From assembly GCA_963804565.1 (NCBI GenBank), contig CAWDQV010000001.1, forward strand, positions 320,214 to 384,213: 64,000 bases of DNA, written 5' to 3'. Source of the stretch: Candidatus Dormiibacterota bacterium (GTDB lineage: Bacteria; Chloroflexota; Dormibacteria; Aeolococcales; Bog-877). Positions 11,069-21,495 of the stretch are shown here, piece after piece (the stretch's first letter is position 1; each line of letters begins with the position of its first letter). Both the position numbers and the translations under genes were made by a program. The notes under the pieces are model-generated. The model made no database searches. It was given only the letters and a program-made list of their open reading frames with translations, and was not told where the DNA came from.

Positions 11069-11984
11069 CTAATAGAGAGAGCCGGTGTTGACGATTGGTG
11101 AGGCCGGCTGGTCACTGCACAGCACGACCATCAGGTTGCTCACCATGGCCGCCTTGCGCTCCTCGTCAAGCTTGACGATTCCGCGCTCCTGCAGCCGTTC
11201 GAGCGCAAGTTCCACCATTCCGACCGCACCGTCAACGATCCGAGTCCGAGCCGCGACCACTGCATTGGCCTGCTGCCGACGCAGCATCGCCTGGGCGATC
11301 TCCGGTGCGTAGGCGAGATGGCTGATGCGCACTTCGACGATCTCCACCCCGGCGATGACGACGCGCTGGGCCATCTCGGCGGCAAGCTCTCCGGCGACGA
11401 TGTCGGTCGAGCCGCGCAGCGACAGGCCCTTGTCGGCAGGGTCGTCGTAGGGATGCGTGGTCGCGACGTGCCGAAGCGCTGACTCGGCCTGGACCCGGAC
11501 GAAATTGAGGTAGTCATCCACGGCGTAGACGGCACGCGAGGTATCGGCGACCTGCCAGACGACAATGGCGGCTATCTCCACCGGATTGCCATCGGCGTCG
11601 TTGACCTTCAGATGGTTGGTCTCAAAGTTCCTGACTCGGGTGCTGACAGTCCGTCGGTCCGAGAGGGGAAGGATCCACGACAGGCCGGTCTTGCGCACAG
11701 TGCCGACGTAGCTGCCGAAGAAGCGCACGACCTTGGTCTCACCCGGCTGCACGATGACCAACGAGGCCAGCGATCAGAACGGCCACTAGGATCGGAACGG
11801 CGAGGACGCCCTTGATCGAGCTGTGGGCAAGCGGGAAACAAACCCCGATGCAGATGGCGATGACGATGACGCCGAACCATCCGCTCAGGGACCACGCGGT
11901 CCGCTCCCGGATCACGACTCGGGTTCCCGAGTGGCCGACTGGAGTCGCCTGGGGGTCCTGCGTCGACTGGACGGACTGGCTCAT
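11069..11984 (-). CDS. SPFH / band-7 domain membrane protein (one frameshift near 11760)
   Basis: ORF 11739..11984 supplies the TM N-terminus ([34 protein letters not shown]). ORF 11069..11761 supplies the SPFH body ([63 protein letters not shown]). Confidence 0.85.
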
Positions 11985-12451
11985 GATTCGCTCCTAATTG
12001 CTGGCTCCACTAAACTGATATCTGAAAGCTATCACATTCTCCTCCGTCGAGCAATAGTCCCGGGGTCGACCCGGGGGGGGTCATGTGAGTTCCGTTGGGG
12101 CCGAAATCGGGATTGATCCTCCCCCCTCCTCCTCATCCGGGTCCAGAGCCTCAGCTTCGTGCCCGCGACTTCCGATAAGTCGGTGTGAGCCGTCAATTTG
12201 GATGCTCGCCGATGGGTGACACGGCCGATCCAAGTAGGTGGTTCGGATGGGCCCAGCGGTAGACCGCGCTAGTCTGTGGGCTGGGCTAGCGGCAACACTC
12301 ACTCGGCCCAAGGGAATCCTGGGCGGCACCGCGGTGATCGCAGCGAATCGGAGGTGCGACCATTCTCGACCGGCAACCAACGCTGAGCAGGCGGACGGCT
12401 TCCCGGTGGGCGGCGAGCCGGCGCCGGTGCGCCACACTGCTCACTGCCGTC

Positions 12452-13954
12452 TTGGTCACGGGCCTAGCCATGGTCGCGCCGGGCGCCGCTGAGGCGGCCT
12501 CGCCCGGCGCCTCGGCGCCGTCGGGCGCATGGCCGTATCCAAACGGAGACCTCGCCAACAGTCGCGACGCGCCCGCTGCTTTGATCTCCTCCACTAACGT
12601 GGCCGAGCTCAAGGAGGCCTGGAGCTTCACTCTCACCGGCAAAGGGGGCACCAGCGTCGACGGCGCTGGTGCAATTACCTCGGAGCCGATCGTGGTGGGC
12701 GGGACGGTCTACTTCCAAGACCAAGAGTCGAACGTCTACGCGCTCAACTTCACCACCGGGAAGCTGCGGTGGGAGTATCGGCTGAACGAGCCGCTGAAAA
12801 GCGGCCCGGGGCCGAACGGAGTCGCAGTCGCCAACGGTGCCGTCTTCGGTGCTTCCCCCACGACCGTATTCGCCCTCAATTCCACGACAGGGCATCCGAT
12901 CTGGATCGACCGCCATCTGCTCAAGAGCGGCCAGGGCACCTTTGGCATTCAGCCGCAGGTAGCCAATGGGCGCGTCTACCTCGGCAGTCAATACGGATCG
13001 GGGCCGGGAGGGGGCGTGCTCCTGGGCCTGAACGCCTCAACCGGAAAGCTGCTCTGGACTTTCAACACGGTGGTAGGCCCTGAGAAGGGGGTCAAGGCGC
13101 TGGGACTCGGCGCGGGAGGGGCCTGGGAGACGCCGCTCGTCGGAGCCGATGGATCGGTCTCCTTCGGCATCGGCAACCCTTACCAGAGCGCTGCTGCGGC
13201 AATTAAGTACCCATCGAAAATTCTCTACACCGACAGCGTCGTGAACCTTTCGGGGGCGACCGGCAAGCTGCGCTGGTACTACCAGGGCGCACCGGACGAT
13301 TTCTACGACCACGACATGCAGGCGTCCCCGATCGCAGCGGTGGTGAACGGCGTGCCTGCGGTGATCGGTGGGGGCAAGCTGGGATACGTGGACGCGATGA
13401 ACGCTGAAACCGGCGCGCTCCTCTGGAAGACTCCCGTGGGCGCACACGACGGCCACGACAACGACTCTCTCCATGCCCTGGAGCACCGAAGCAAATTGAA
13501 GGTGCCCTACACCTACCTTCCGGGAGCGCTCGGAGGCATCCTCTCCAACTTGGCTCTGGCCGGGAACAGTGTCTATCTGGCCACGATCAACCTGCCGTTC
13601 CGGATCAAGTCGTTCAGCGATGTCCTGGGAGTCCCGAACGGTGCAGAAGTCGGAGAGATCGAAGCGCTGAACCTCTCAACCGGCAAAGTGGAATGGGCTA
13701 CGAAGGTGCCCGACCTACCGCTGGGCGCGACGACGGTCTCGGGCAATCTGGTCTTCACGACATTGATCCACGGCACGCTCATCGCCCTCAACAGCACGAC
13801 GGGTGCCGTCGTGTATCGACATAAGCTCCCGGCCTCAACGAACGCCCCGCTCGCAATCGCTGGCAACACAGTGCTCGTCCCAGTCGGGGCCTTGAAGGTG
13901 TCGAAGACAAAGCCGCGAGGTACGCCCCAGTTGGTTGCGTACACCGTGCCCTAG
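12452..13954 (+). CDS. PQQ-like beta-propeller repeat protein, secreted (start unresolved)
   Basis: Repeated motifs GGTVYFQDQESNVYALNFTTGKLRWEY / VFALNSTTGHPIW / LLGLNASTGKLLWTF / IALNSTTGAVVY. The frame is open from 12338 and encodes a signal-like RRRCATLLTAVLVTGLAMVAPGAAEAA. Confidence 0.85.
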   Translation: MVTGLAMVAPGAAEAASPGASAPSGAWPYPNGDLANSRDAPAALISSTNVAELKEAWSFTLTGKGGTSVDGAGAITSEPIVVGGTVYFQDQESNVYALNFTTGKLRWEYRLNEPLKSGPGPNGVAVANGAVFGASPTTVFALNSTTGHPIWIDRHLLKSGQGTFGIQPQVANGRVYLGSQYGSGPGGGVLLGLNASTGKLLWTFNTVVGPEKGVKALGLGAGGAWETPLVGADGSVSFGIGNPYQSAAAAIKYPSKILYTDSVVNLSGATGKLRWYYQGAPDDFYDHDMQASPIAAVVNGVPAVIGGGKLGYVDAMNAETGALLWKTPVGAHDGHDNDSLHALEHRSKLKVPYTYLPGALGGILSNLALAGNSVYLATINLPFRIKSFSDVLGVPNGAEVGEIEALNLSTGKVEWATKVPDLPLGATTVSGNLVFTTLIHGTLIALNSTTGAVVYRHKLPASTNAPLAIAGNTVLVPVGALKVSKTKPRGTPQLVAYTVP

Positions 13955-14027
13955 CAGAGCCGGCTCAAAACGTCAAATACGTTCCTGCTTCCCTCGGAGT
14001 CTCGAGCCCGACGCTGAGCCGATCCGA

Positions 14028-14564
14028 TCAACCGTCCACTCGGAAGTCGAGGAGGAGGTATCCGGACGGAGAGGCGACGTGACCGGTGAGCGTCAATCGC
14101 TTCGGCAACCCCTTATCGAATAGCTTTCGCCCGCGCCGGTGGATGGCGGGGGCGATGACAAGCCGCAGCTCGTCCACCAGGCCGTATTCGAGCAGTGACT
14201 GCGCCACCGAGATGCTCCCGTGAACACCGATGTCTCCGCCGGACCGTGTTCTGAGTTCGGTCACGAACTCCGCGAGGTCGCCATCGACAACTGCGGTCGC
14301 GTTCCAGGTTGGGTCCGGAGTTGTCGAGGTCACCACGAATTTCTCGACGCCATTGATGAAGCTGGCGAAGGGTTCGATGGCACTCGTGGGCCAGAACTCG
14401 GCCCAGTCGTCGTATGTGCGACGGCCGAGGATTACGGTGTCCTGACTGGAGATCACTCGGGCCAAGTTGTTCCTCATCACCTCATCGAAGTCGGTAATGA
14501 ACTCATCCGGTTGCTCCGCGACACCGTCGAGCGACAACAACTCATAGGCGACTACTTTGCGCAC
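14028..14564 (-). CDS. Dihydrofolate reductase family protein (RibD C-terminal-like)
   Basis: MRKVVAYELLSLDGVAE..DTVILGRRTYDDWAEFWP..FVVTST..GDIGVHGSISVAQSLLEYGLVDELRLVIAP is the typical family pattern. Confidence 0.85.
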   Translation of the reverse strand: MRKVVAYELLSLDGVAEQPDEFITDFDEVMRNNLARVISSQDTVILGRRTYDDWAEFWPTSAIEPFASFINGVEKFVVTSTTPDPTWNATAVVDGDLAEFVTELRTRSGGDIGVHGSISVAQSLLEYGLVDELRLVIAPAIHRRGRKLFDKGLPKRLTLTGHVASPSGYLLLDFRVDG

Positions 14565-14910
14565 GAGCTCATCTCCTTACCGTTGTGGGTCGACTGAAGA
14601 GACGTTGCGCCCCTCCGAATCTCATCACCGCTGGCTCTTTTGGACCACTTGTGGTCGTCCAGTTGACCATCTGCGTGTGCTACCGCGCACTCAGGCGGAG
14701 CGGTTCGTGCGTCTTCGAGACCAGCTTCCGATCCTTGTGGTGAAGCTGGGTTAGCAGCAGGCTTTCAGTCCCGAACTCCCCCTCCCCGCCTGCATGGTGG
14801 CCGTCAGCCAGGGTCCGTCTTCTAGGCATGGCGCGGGTCGCGTGCCTACAGGCAACAGCTGATGCCGCCAGCTTTTGCCGCCTCGGCATCGCACAAGAGG
14901 GTTTGGCGCG

Positions 14911-15429
14911 TTAGTGGCCACCCAAGCGGACCCTGCCGTCCAGGAGCTCTCTCGCGATGTCTAGGTGCCCGAGGTGCCGGGCCGTCTCCTCGATCATGTG
15001 CGAAACCACCCAACGAACATTCGGCGGCTCGACGTCTTCGAGCCCGTGCTTGCCCAGTGGTGCCGCCGAGAGAGGGGTTGTCGCGAGCACTTCGTCAGAC
15101 TGCGCACACTGATCGCGGTAGAAGGAGACGACTTCGGCCGATGGGTCGTCGGTTGTGAACACCACCGTCAGAGGGTCGTAGGGGTGGCGATCCTCGTCGA
15201 GATCGCCGGGCAACTCCGGTTGCTTACCAGCCACGACGCCTTGGAACCAGTGCCACTCGGCCCCGCCCAGATGCTCTACCAACCCTGCCGGCGTCCACCC
15301 TGTCGGCACCACAGTGCGGTGCCAGGCCGCCTCGTCCAGACCCTCGACGACCGCCAAAATCGACTCGCGCTGGCGGCGTAGGAAATCGCGCAGCATCTCG
15401 TCGGCAGCGCTCTCGGGATCCTCAGTCAA
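14911..15429 (-). CDS. DinB-family (DUF664 / mycothiol-transferase-like) protein
   Basis: ..RESILAVVEGLDEAAW..GWTPAGLVEHLGGAEWHWF..WVVSHMIEETARHLGHLDIARELLDG carries the His-rich DinB four-helix signature. Confidence 0.8.
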   Translation of the reverse strand: MTEDPESAADEMLRDFLRRQRESILAVVEGLDEAAWHRTVVPTGWTPAGLVEHLGGAEWHWFQGVVAGKQPELPGDLDEDRHPYDPLTVVFTTDDPSAEVVSFYRDQCAQSDEVLATTPLSAAPLGKHGLEDVEPPNVRWVVSHMIEETARHLGHLDIARELLDGRVRLGGH

Positions 15430-15612
15430 ATCCGCGCTCCTCGCACAACGTCTGGTTGAAGGCAGGCTCCTCGGGCCGGCCGGCCCCGAGTGCCGTCGAT
15501 TATCATCCTAGCCACCAGGTGAATGTCGACGCTTCCAAGGCCCGCCAACAGGTAGGCGGTCCTTCGGGATTACTCGTCGCGGGGGCCCCCGCGATCGCTT
15601 CGCCTGGATCGA

Positions 15613-15945
15613 TCACTCGACCAGGAGCGCTCGGAGCTCAACCCTTCGGTTGCAGTGCTTCGACCCCACGGTCGCGAGACGGAGCGCGATGGCGGGGTCA
15701 GTGGCCTGAATGATCCAGAAGCCAGCGACGAACTCCTTCGCCTCTACGAAGGGCCCGGCAGTGACAACCGGCTCCCCGCCACGACCGTCAATGACGGTGG
15801 CCGTGCTGGGCGACGCGAGGCCACCGGCGAAGACCCAGTGACCCTCGGCCCGGAGTTGCTCATTGAAGATGTCGATCGCGGCCATTTCCTCCGCGGTTGC
15901 GGCATCGGACGACTCGGCAAGAACGGAAATCAGGTATTCAGCCAT
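15613..15945 (-). CDS. YciI-family protein
   Basis: 110 aa. ..FNEQLRAEGHWVFAGGLASPSTATVID..VTAGPFVEAKEFVAGFWII is the typical YCII/DGPF pattern. Confidence 0.8.
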   Translation of the reverse strand: MAEYLISVLAESSDAATAEEMAAIDIFNEQLRAEGHWVFAGGLASPSTATVIDGRGGEPVVTAGPFVEAKEFVAGFWIIQATDPAIALRLATVGSKHCNRRVELRALLVE

Positions 15946-16060
15946 CGGGTCGCCTCCTCTTCTGGCGTTATCTTCCCCGCGACCTTCCTCTCACTCCAAT
16001 ACGATCCCCGAAGAACCGGTCCGACACAAGCCGCGGACAACCTGGATGAGTTCTCGAGGG

Positions 16061-16100
16061 AGCCCAGGGCGGGGATTGAATCGGCTAACCCTTCCCCAGC
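16061..16100 (-). repeat. Degenerate tRNA-Thr 3'-end copy C (att-like scar)
   Basis: agcccagggcggggattgaa is an exact 19-20 nt match to the acceptor/T-arm end seen in copies A and B and in the tRNA-Thr region. Similarity decays after that. Confidence 0.6.
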
Positions 16101-16296
16101 GCCTGCTCGAGCTTGGGCGTTGGGAGGTCGAAATCAGCTGGGCGACGATCACCTGTCCACTTATGGCAAGTCACTTTCGGAAGAGGCCGTCGGTCCGATG
16201 CCAGATCAAGCTTGAGCCGGAGGCGCCGGAAGGCCGGCTAATGACGACGACGTAGTGAACACACCCAAAAGCAGGCCCCGCCAAAGGCGTTGAGGC

Positions 16297-17364
16297 CTAG
16301 GTGGCCGGACAAGGCGGGGTGTCGGCGCTCATCAACTGCGTCTGCAAAGAGAGCAACTTGACCGGCTGGGACCCATTCGAAGGCACAAACAGCGCCACTT
16401 GGATCAGCGAGTCGACCTCGATCTGCTCATATTGGATACCGAAGGGGACCAAGGTCGAGTACTCGGCGGTATTGGACGGGCTCGCAGTTACACACTGAAG
16501 GCCCGACGAGGCCCGCTCGGTAGATACCTCATCGATGCCGGCGAACTCGAGACTGCCACCGCTCACCGCGATGGATGTGACGGGATTTCGATCCACCGTG
16601 AGTCTCAGGCCGACGGAGATCCCATTGTCAGCAAAACTGCTGATCGCCTGCTGGTCGGTGGCGTAGAAACTGTTGGCGTTGGGGCTCGCGGCCACATCTC
16701 CCTGACCAGTGGTGAGGTACTTGACCAGCGCGACCACGCCGGACTTAGGCGCCGCGGACTGAATCTGCGCTTTGCCGTTTGTCATGGTCACGGCGCCGGG
16801 CAAATTGGTGTCCAGAATGGCAGCTCCGAAATCGAGACGCCAGGCGGTCTTCTTGGAGTCCTTGCGAAACACCCCGTACAAGGTGTAGGCAGGCGTGGGG
16901 TTGCTTCCGGTCGTGGCCTCCTCGGGAATCGTGGCCAAAAACTCGGCGGGGGTCTTGCCGGAGCCGGTCACGTAGACCGCGATGCTGGCTGCACTGGGAG
17001 CCGCGCCGGCCGTTATCGCGGCAGCAGCGGCCCGGCTCAACAGGCTGAAGTTCGAGTCATCCTGACGAGCCTCGACTCCCTCCTCGAGCTCGTTCTGGAG
17101 GCCGATATCGTAGGTGGCGCTGGCTTTGATCTCGGCCTTGCTGTAGTGGATCACCGTCTGGGTCGCTTGTTTCTGGCTCAAAGCTGCCGGGTAGGAGGCC
17201 CCGGTCAGGGTGGCCACCGACGCACTCGCCAAGAGCAGGGTGGCCCCCGCTAGTCGGGCAGTCCGCGTGGTTGATCGGACCGCCGCCGTACTTCCGCCGG
17301 GGTCGCTCCTGGCCCGACGGTGTGTATCCGAGCGTCCAGCTGACGCGGCTCGAGGAGCCATCAA
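16297..17364 (-). CDS. Secreted hypothetical protein
   Basis: 355-aa ORF. An Arg-rich N-terminus is followed by a hydrophobic signal-like LAGATLLLASASVATLTGA. No family recognised. Confidence 0.55.
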   Translation of the reverse strand: MMAPRAASAGRSDTHRRARSDPGGSTAAVRSTTRTARLAGATLLLASASVATLTGASYPAALSQKQATQTVIHYSKAEIKASATYDIGLQNELEEGVEARQDDSNFSLLSRAAAAAITAGAAPSAASIAVYVTGSGKTPAEFLATIPEEATTGSNPTPAYTLYGVFRKDSKKTAWRLDFGAAILDTNLPGAVTMTNGKAQIQSAAPKSGVVALVKYLTTGQGDVAASPNANSFYATDQQAISSFADNGISVGLRLTVDRNPVTSIAVSGGSLEFAGIDEVSTERASSGLQCVTASPSNTAEYSTLVPFGIQYEQIEVDSLIQVALFVPSNGSQPVKLLSLQTQLMSADTPPCPAT

Positions 17365-17597
17365 CAGGAGAGCGCGGAGCTCAGTCCTATCCTCGCGTCG
17401 GTTTTCTCGTCATAGCAGCCTAAGATCGCCCGATCATAGCCTTAGGGGCAACGGCCTCAAGCTGGCGTCGTCGCGTTGTTGCGGTCCCGGTACATCGATG
17501 GCGACCACTCGCGATCCTCAGTACTCAGCCCAGAACGGGCCGTGCTGGCTCTCCTCCTCGCGTCGATGTACGAGGACGTCGGTGGGGCCAATGCGAC

Positions 17598-17650
17598 ACA
17601 TTCAATCCACAACCTGTTCCGTCCCGAGTATTTGAGGCTGAGCGCTGCGC
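17598..17650 (-). repeat. Degenerate copy D of the tRNA-Thr-half / element-arm repeat
   Basis: 36/53 ungapped identity (hand count) to copy A 26332-26384, including gctgagcgc. It lacks the acceptor end. Confidence 0.4.
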
Positions 17651-17759
17651 TCCTGGGAAAGGGCAACTCTAGGGCTTCCAGTGAAAGGTCTTCACCGGCT
17701 CACTCGGCCGACTTCGTGCTGGGACTCCAATTATTCGTCCAGGTCGGAGTTCGGTCCCC

Positions 17760-18113
17760 TTACTCCGGAAACGCCTGAGCGAGTCGAACCCTGACCAGCT
17801 TCTCGACAAGCGGCTTCGGTAGAGGCTGGTCGATGGGGAACTGGAGTGCCCCAGTCGATGTCCGGTACGAAGCAACTTCCTTCTGCAGCTGCGGGAAGAC
17901 CGACCCGCTGTGGGGCAGATAGCTCAGATGGTTCTTGAACGCGGCGAATCCAGCAACGACCTTCCCATGAAGCCTGAATGCTGGCAGCTGGTAGGAGATC
18001 CCCTCCTCCGCTTCGGGGATCACCTCTAGGATCGTGTGTCGCAACTCCTCCAACGTGGACCGCTTAGGGTCGTCGAGTCTCGCCAAGTAGGCGTCGATTT
18101 CGCTACTGGACAT
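17760..18113 (-). CDS. DUF1801 (YdhG-like) domain protein
   Basis: MSSSEIDAYLARLDDPKRSTLEELRHTILEVIPEAEEGISYQLPAFRLHGKVVAGFAAFKNHLSYLP is the characteristic family pattern. Confidence 0.75.
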   Translation of the reverse strand: MSSSEIDAYLARLDDPKRSTLEELRHTILEVIPEAEEGISYQLPAFRLHGKVVAGFAAFKNHLSYLPHSGSVFPQLQKEVASYRTSTGALQFPIDQPLPKPLVEKLVRVRLAQAFPE

Positions 18114-18526
18114 GGATCGATTCTGGGTCCCCCGTCGAGAACGGGCAAGTCATTGACATCCACGCACCGCAGCGACCCGGCGGCTGCGCCGATACCACGA
18201 TCGGCCCCGGCAAGACGAGAGTTGAGGGCGGCAGGGCTACGTCCGTTGTTGCTAGTTATCTGATCATCGTTCGAGTCGGCGACTGTCGGGATGGCGGCCA
18301 CGTCCACGAAGGAGGCGATCAGAGACACGCCCCACGCGGTCAGGTGGGGCCTGATGGGCCATCACTAGCAGGGAGAGGGCAACCTCCCGGCCGGGCTGGG
18401 ATCCAAGCTGGCGGGCAGCACTCCGATGCGCTGTTTTCGGGAGATGGCGATGGCGTAGATTGCGGCATGATGCCCGGCAAGTTGGGTTCCTGGCGCCTGC
18501 CCGCGCCCGGGGCGCGCCGGGGACAG

Positions 18527-19375
18527 TTACAGTCCGGCTCGGGCTCGAAGTAGGTCGAGCTCGTCGCGCACGGCGCCTGGCTTCTCCATCCACACCATGT
18601 GCCCGCAGTCGGCCAGCACCCTCAGGCTGGCCCCGGGGATAAGGGCTGCGGAGGCGATCCCGTGGTGGGGCGGTATCGGGCTATCGGCACCGAGCAAAAA
18701 GGTGGTGGGAACCGACACCCGGGGCAGCTTGGAGACCAGTGTCTGGCGCTGGAAATGCTGGTGGATGGAGTCGAAGATCTGAGAGTAGCTCTCCAGCGAG
18801 ATCTGCATCTCGGGCATCGGCACCGCGGTCTGCGGGTTGGCGAAGTACCCGGGCCAGACCAGCTTCAGCGCCTCGATTGCCTCCTCGGGAGTTCCCTCGC
18901 CCTGCATAGCCCGCTGGTCCAGCTCTTCGGCCCGCGCCGCTGCCTCAGGGCTGGCCCTCTCACCGAGGATGCGGCTGAGGTCTGCCTCCCCACCGTCGGG
19001 GACCGCTCCCAGCGGATCGACGATTAGGGCTCCAGCGATCCGCTCCGGTCGGGCGGCGAGCAGATGCAGCAACAGATGGCCGCCCCAGGAGTGCCCGATC
19101 ACGAGGGCCTGGGCCAGTCCAAACTGATCCAGCACCCTGATCACGTCCTCGATCGCGCTCTCAACGTCGAACGGGCCTGCCGTCGATGAGGGTGACAGCC
19201 CTCGTTGTTGGAAGCGAATCACGGTGTAGCCGTCGGCCAGCTCGTCCTCAAGTCCCGCCGTGTACTCGGAGAGGCCGGGGCCCCCATGGAGCACCAGCAC
19301 CGCTGCACCGCTACCGGTCTTCCAGCCGGCGAGCCGGTTGTTCCCGGCCCCAATCTCGAAGTCGGGATCCCTCAT
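18527..19375 (-). CDS. Alpha/beta hydrolase (proline-iminopeptidase-like)
   Basis: From the internal MRDPDFEIGAGNNRLAGWKTGSGAAVLVLHGGPG..; nucleophile elbow GHSWGG; C-terminal CGHMVW. The 393-aa ORF start looks like a spurious extension. Confidence 0.85.
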   Translation of the reverse strand: MRDPDFEIGAGNNRLAGWKTGSGAAVLVLHGGPGLSEYTAGLEDELADGYTVIRFQQRGLSPSSTAGPFDVESAIEDVIRVLDQFGLAQALVIGHSWGGHLLLHLLAARPERIAGALIVDPLGAVPDGGEADLSRILGERASPEAAARAEELDQRAMQGEGTPEEAIEALKLVWPGYFANPQTAVPMPEMQISLESYSQIFDSIHQHFQRQTLVSKLPRVSVPTTFLLGADSPIPPHHGIASAALIPGASLRVLADCGHMVWMEKPGAVRDELDLLRARAGL

Positions 19376-19714
19376 CTCAGCGGAAATTCTATCGAGGCGA
19401 ACTGGGCGTGCAAAGGCTACTTGCGGCGACTCAGGAGGAGATGGGCGGGGGCAACCCTGTGTGGGCTTGCGGATTGGGACGTTCCCCCTCCCGGTGCCGT
19501 CCGGGTGCGTTGCCGGAAGCGCCCTGGGGGGTAGCTGGAGAATCCCCTGGGCTGGCCCGGTCCAGTGGTGCCCCGGCCACCGACTATGGGCGGTGCGGCT
19601 GACTTCCAGAGGTCGAGCGTACGGTGCCCAATTGAAGTAGTGGTGAGGATCAGACCTGACCAGACGCGGGGCGAAGGGCGCCCGGGGGCAGATCCGCCCA
19701 CCTCGCACTGCTGC

Positions 19715-20989
19715 TTAGCGTCCGGGATCAGTTGGCCGCAACCATAGCGAGAGGTGCGCCGGCTCTACGGAGGACTGAACGGCCCGGACGAACTCGGAGC
19801 TGACCACTTCCAAGTCGATATCCTGCCGAAGGCGATGCGCGAATGCCTCGATGGTGGCCGCGGCATCGTATCGAGCTCGGTTGAATCGCCGATCCACCAG
19901 CCGTTGGACCCCCCTGCGCAGGGGGTTGAATAGGGCCACAGCGATCAGGGTGGAAGCGGCCACTCCCAGCGGTGACGAGAACGGTAGAACCCTGGTCGCC
20001 AAGGTGACCAGGCCAACATAGACCCCGACCAGAAGCCCGGTGACGATGGCGTAGGACAAGGTCCGGCTGATCAGGCGGTCGACATCATAGAGACGGTACT
20101 TGAGGATCCCCACACCGAGGGCGAGCGGGAGTGCCCCCAGCAGTAGACCGGACACCAGGCCAGTCACCTGAGCAGTCACGGAGGCGTTAGCGGGAGTGGC
20201 AAACGAAAGCAGGAGGCCGACTCCGCTCACGGTGGCGCCAGCCACGAACCACTTCAGTTGCTGACGCTGCTCCCCAGTCGCTCGCCTGTAGCTACCGACC
20301 AGCCTCACGACCCAGACCGACCAGAACACTAGGTAGATCGGAAGTATCGTCTCTGCGCCGTTGTACACCAGCGCCGCCAGCCCAGTCGGGTGATCGAGGA
20401 CCGTGAGCTGGCCGGTTGCGTCCACTTTGATGGATTGCCCGACGACTCCGCTCGCGGCGACCCCCACATTCGCCACGATCCACACCGCGCCGATCCCCAA
20501 ATACGACCGCAGAACCCACCGCCAACGCTGAGACGGCAAACGTCCGTCCGGAAACAGCAGCACTGGCAATGGGAAGAGAGCTATCGCTGGCGCCCAGCCG
20601 AGCTGGAGGAACACCGCCACTACTCCCAACGGCAGCGCTCCATGCCTGAACCGGTAGTCCCAGGCGGCGTATGCCCCGCCGGTGATGCTCAGCAGTCCGA
20701 ACAGTGCCGTACCCAACAGGATCCAACCCAGGGCGTTACGCGGCTTGCGCAGCGATACCACGAAGCCCGCCACAGCCAGGAAGCCGAAGGCAAGTGGAAG
20801 GGCCGAGTCGGCCAGCGTTACTGGTTGGCGTGCAGGGCCACTGAGCACAACACGTGCGATCAGGAGTACCAGCACCACGCCTAGGAGTGCCGCCGCCGCG
20901 TGCGTCGCCACGGGGAAGCTCCTAGCCCTCGGGGCTATGGCAGCCCGATTGCCACCGCTGTGCGGCGCTGCTTGGGACGGATGCGGCAT
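19715..20989 (-). CDS. Polytopic membrane protein with C-terminal RRFNRxRYD-type cytoplasmic domain
   Basis: About 10 hydrophobic segments, then ..LFNPLRRGVQRLVDRRFNRARYDAAATIEAFAHRLRQDIDLEVVSSEFVRAVQSSVEPAHLSLWLRP. Confidence 0.7.
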   Translation of the reverse strand: MPHPSQAAPHSGGNRAAIAPRARSFPVATHAAAALLGVVLVLLIARVVLSGPARQPVTLADSALPLAFGFLAVAGFVVSLRKPRNALGWILLGTALFGLLSITGGAYAAWDYRFRHGALPLGVVAVFLQLGWAPAIALFPLPVLLFPDGRLPSQRWRWVLRSYLGIGAVWIVANVGVAASGVVGQSIKVDATGQLTVLDHPTGLAALVYNGAETILPIYLVFWSVWVVRLVGSYRRATGEQRQQLKWFVAGATVSGVGLLLSFATPANASVTAQVTGLVSGLLLGALPLALGVGILKYRLYDVDRLISRTLSYAIVTGLLVGVYVGLVTLATRVLPFSSPLGVAASTLIAVALFNPLRRGVQRLVDRRFNRARYDAAATIEAFAHRLRQDIDLEVVSSEFVRAVQSSVEPAHLSLWLRPTDPGR

Positions 20990-21495
20990 GGGTGTAGCTC
21001 CTCCGGTGCCACCAGGGGCGGTCGGCGGTTCAGATGGACTCTAGGCCGCGAACGTTCCCGGATCGTTACCGTAACCGGGCCATCTGGGTCACCCGAAAAG
21101 GGTTGGCCCCGATCTGAGCCGCCCGCTCGGACCCCGGCCGAGCGATCGGTGAGGCGAAGCGGGCGGTGCGGAGCGGTATGTCGCCCACTTCTCGGGTGGC
21201 CGTGATTCCGAATGAGCCCAGGGCGGAAGTCGACCGCGCGACCTCCTCTCTACCAAGGATTTTGGCCCCGGCGTTATGCACCTAGGCGTGGGAGGGCAAG
21301 CGTTTGGGACCAACTAAAGTGCTCTACGATTGGCCCTCCAGAGGCGCCACGCGACCGCCAAGGGCGGGCGCGCCACCGGACACCGAACGCCGGTGCTTGC
21401 CCCATCAGGGACTGGAGAGGGCCCTCTGCTCGCCGCCAGCAGTAACTGAGCCGCGTCCTCAGCGTTTCCAGGGACATGGCTCGAGCTTCGCCGGA

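Noticed and set aside
12100-12160. A fifth, outermost copy of the tRNA-Thr-like repeat (gggattgatcctcccccctcctcc, about 19/24 to copy A)
   Set aside because: The match is short, lies in a C-rich low-complexity stretch and has no flanking arm similarity. It could be chance.
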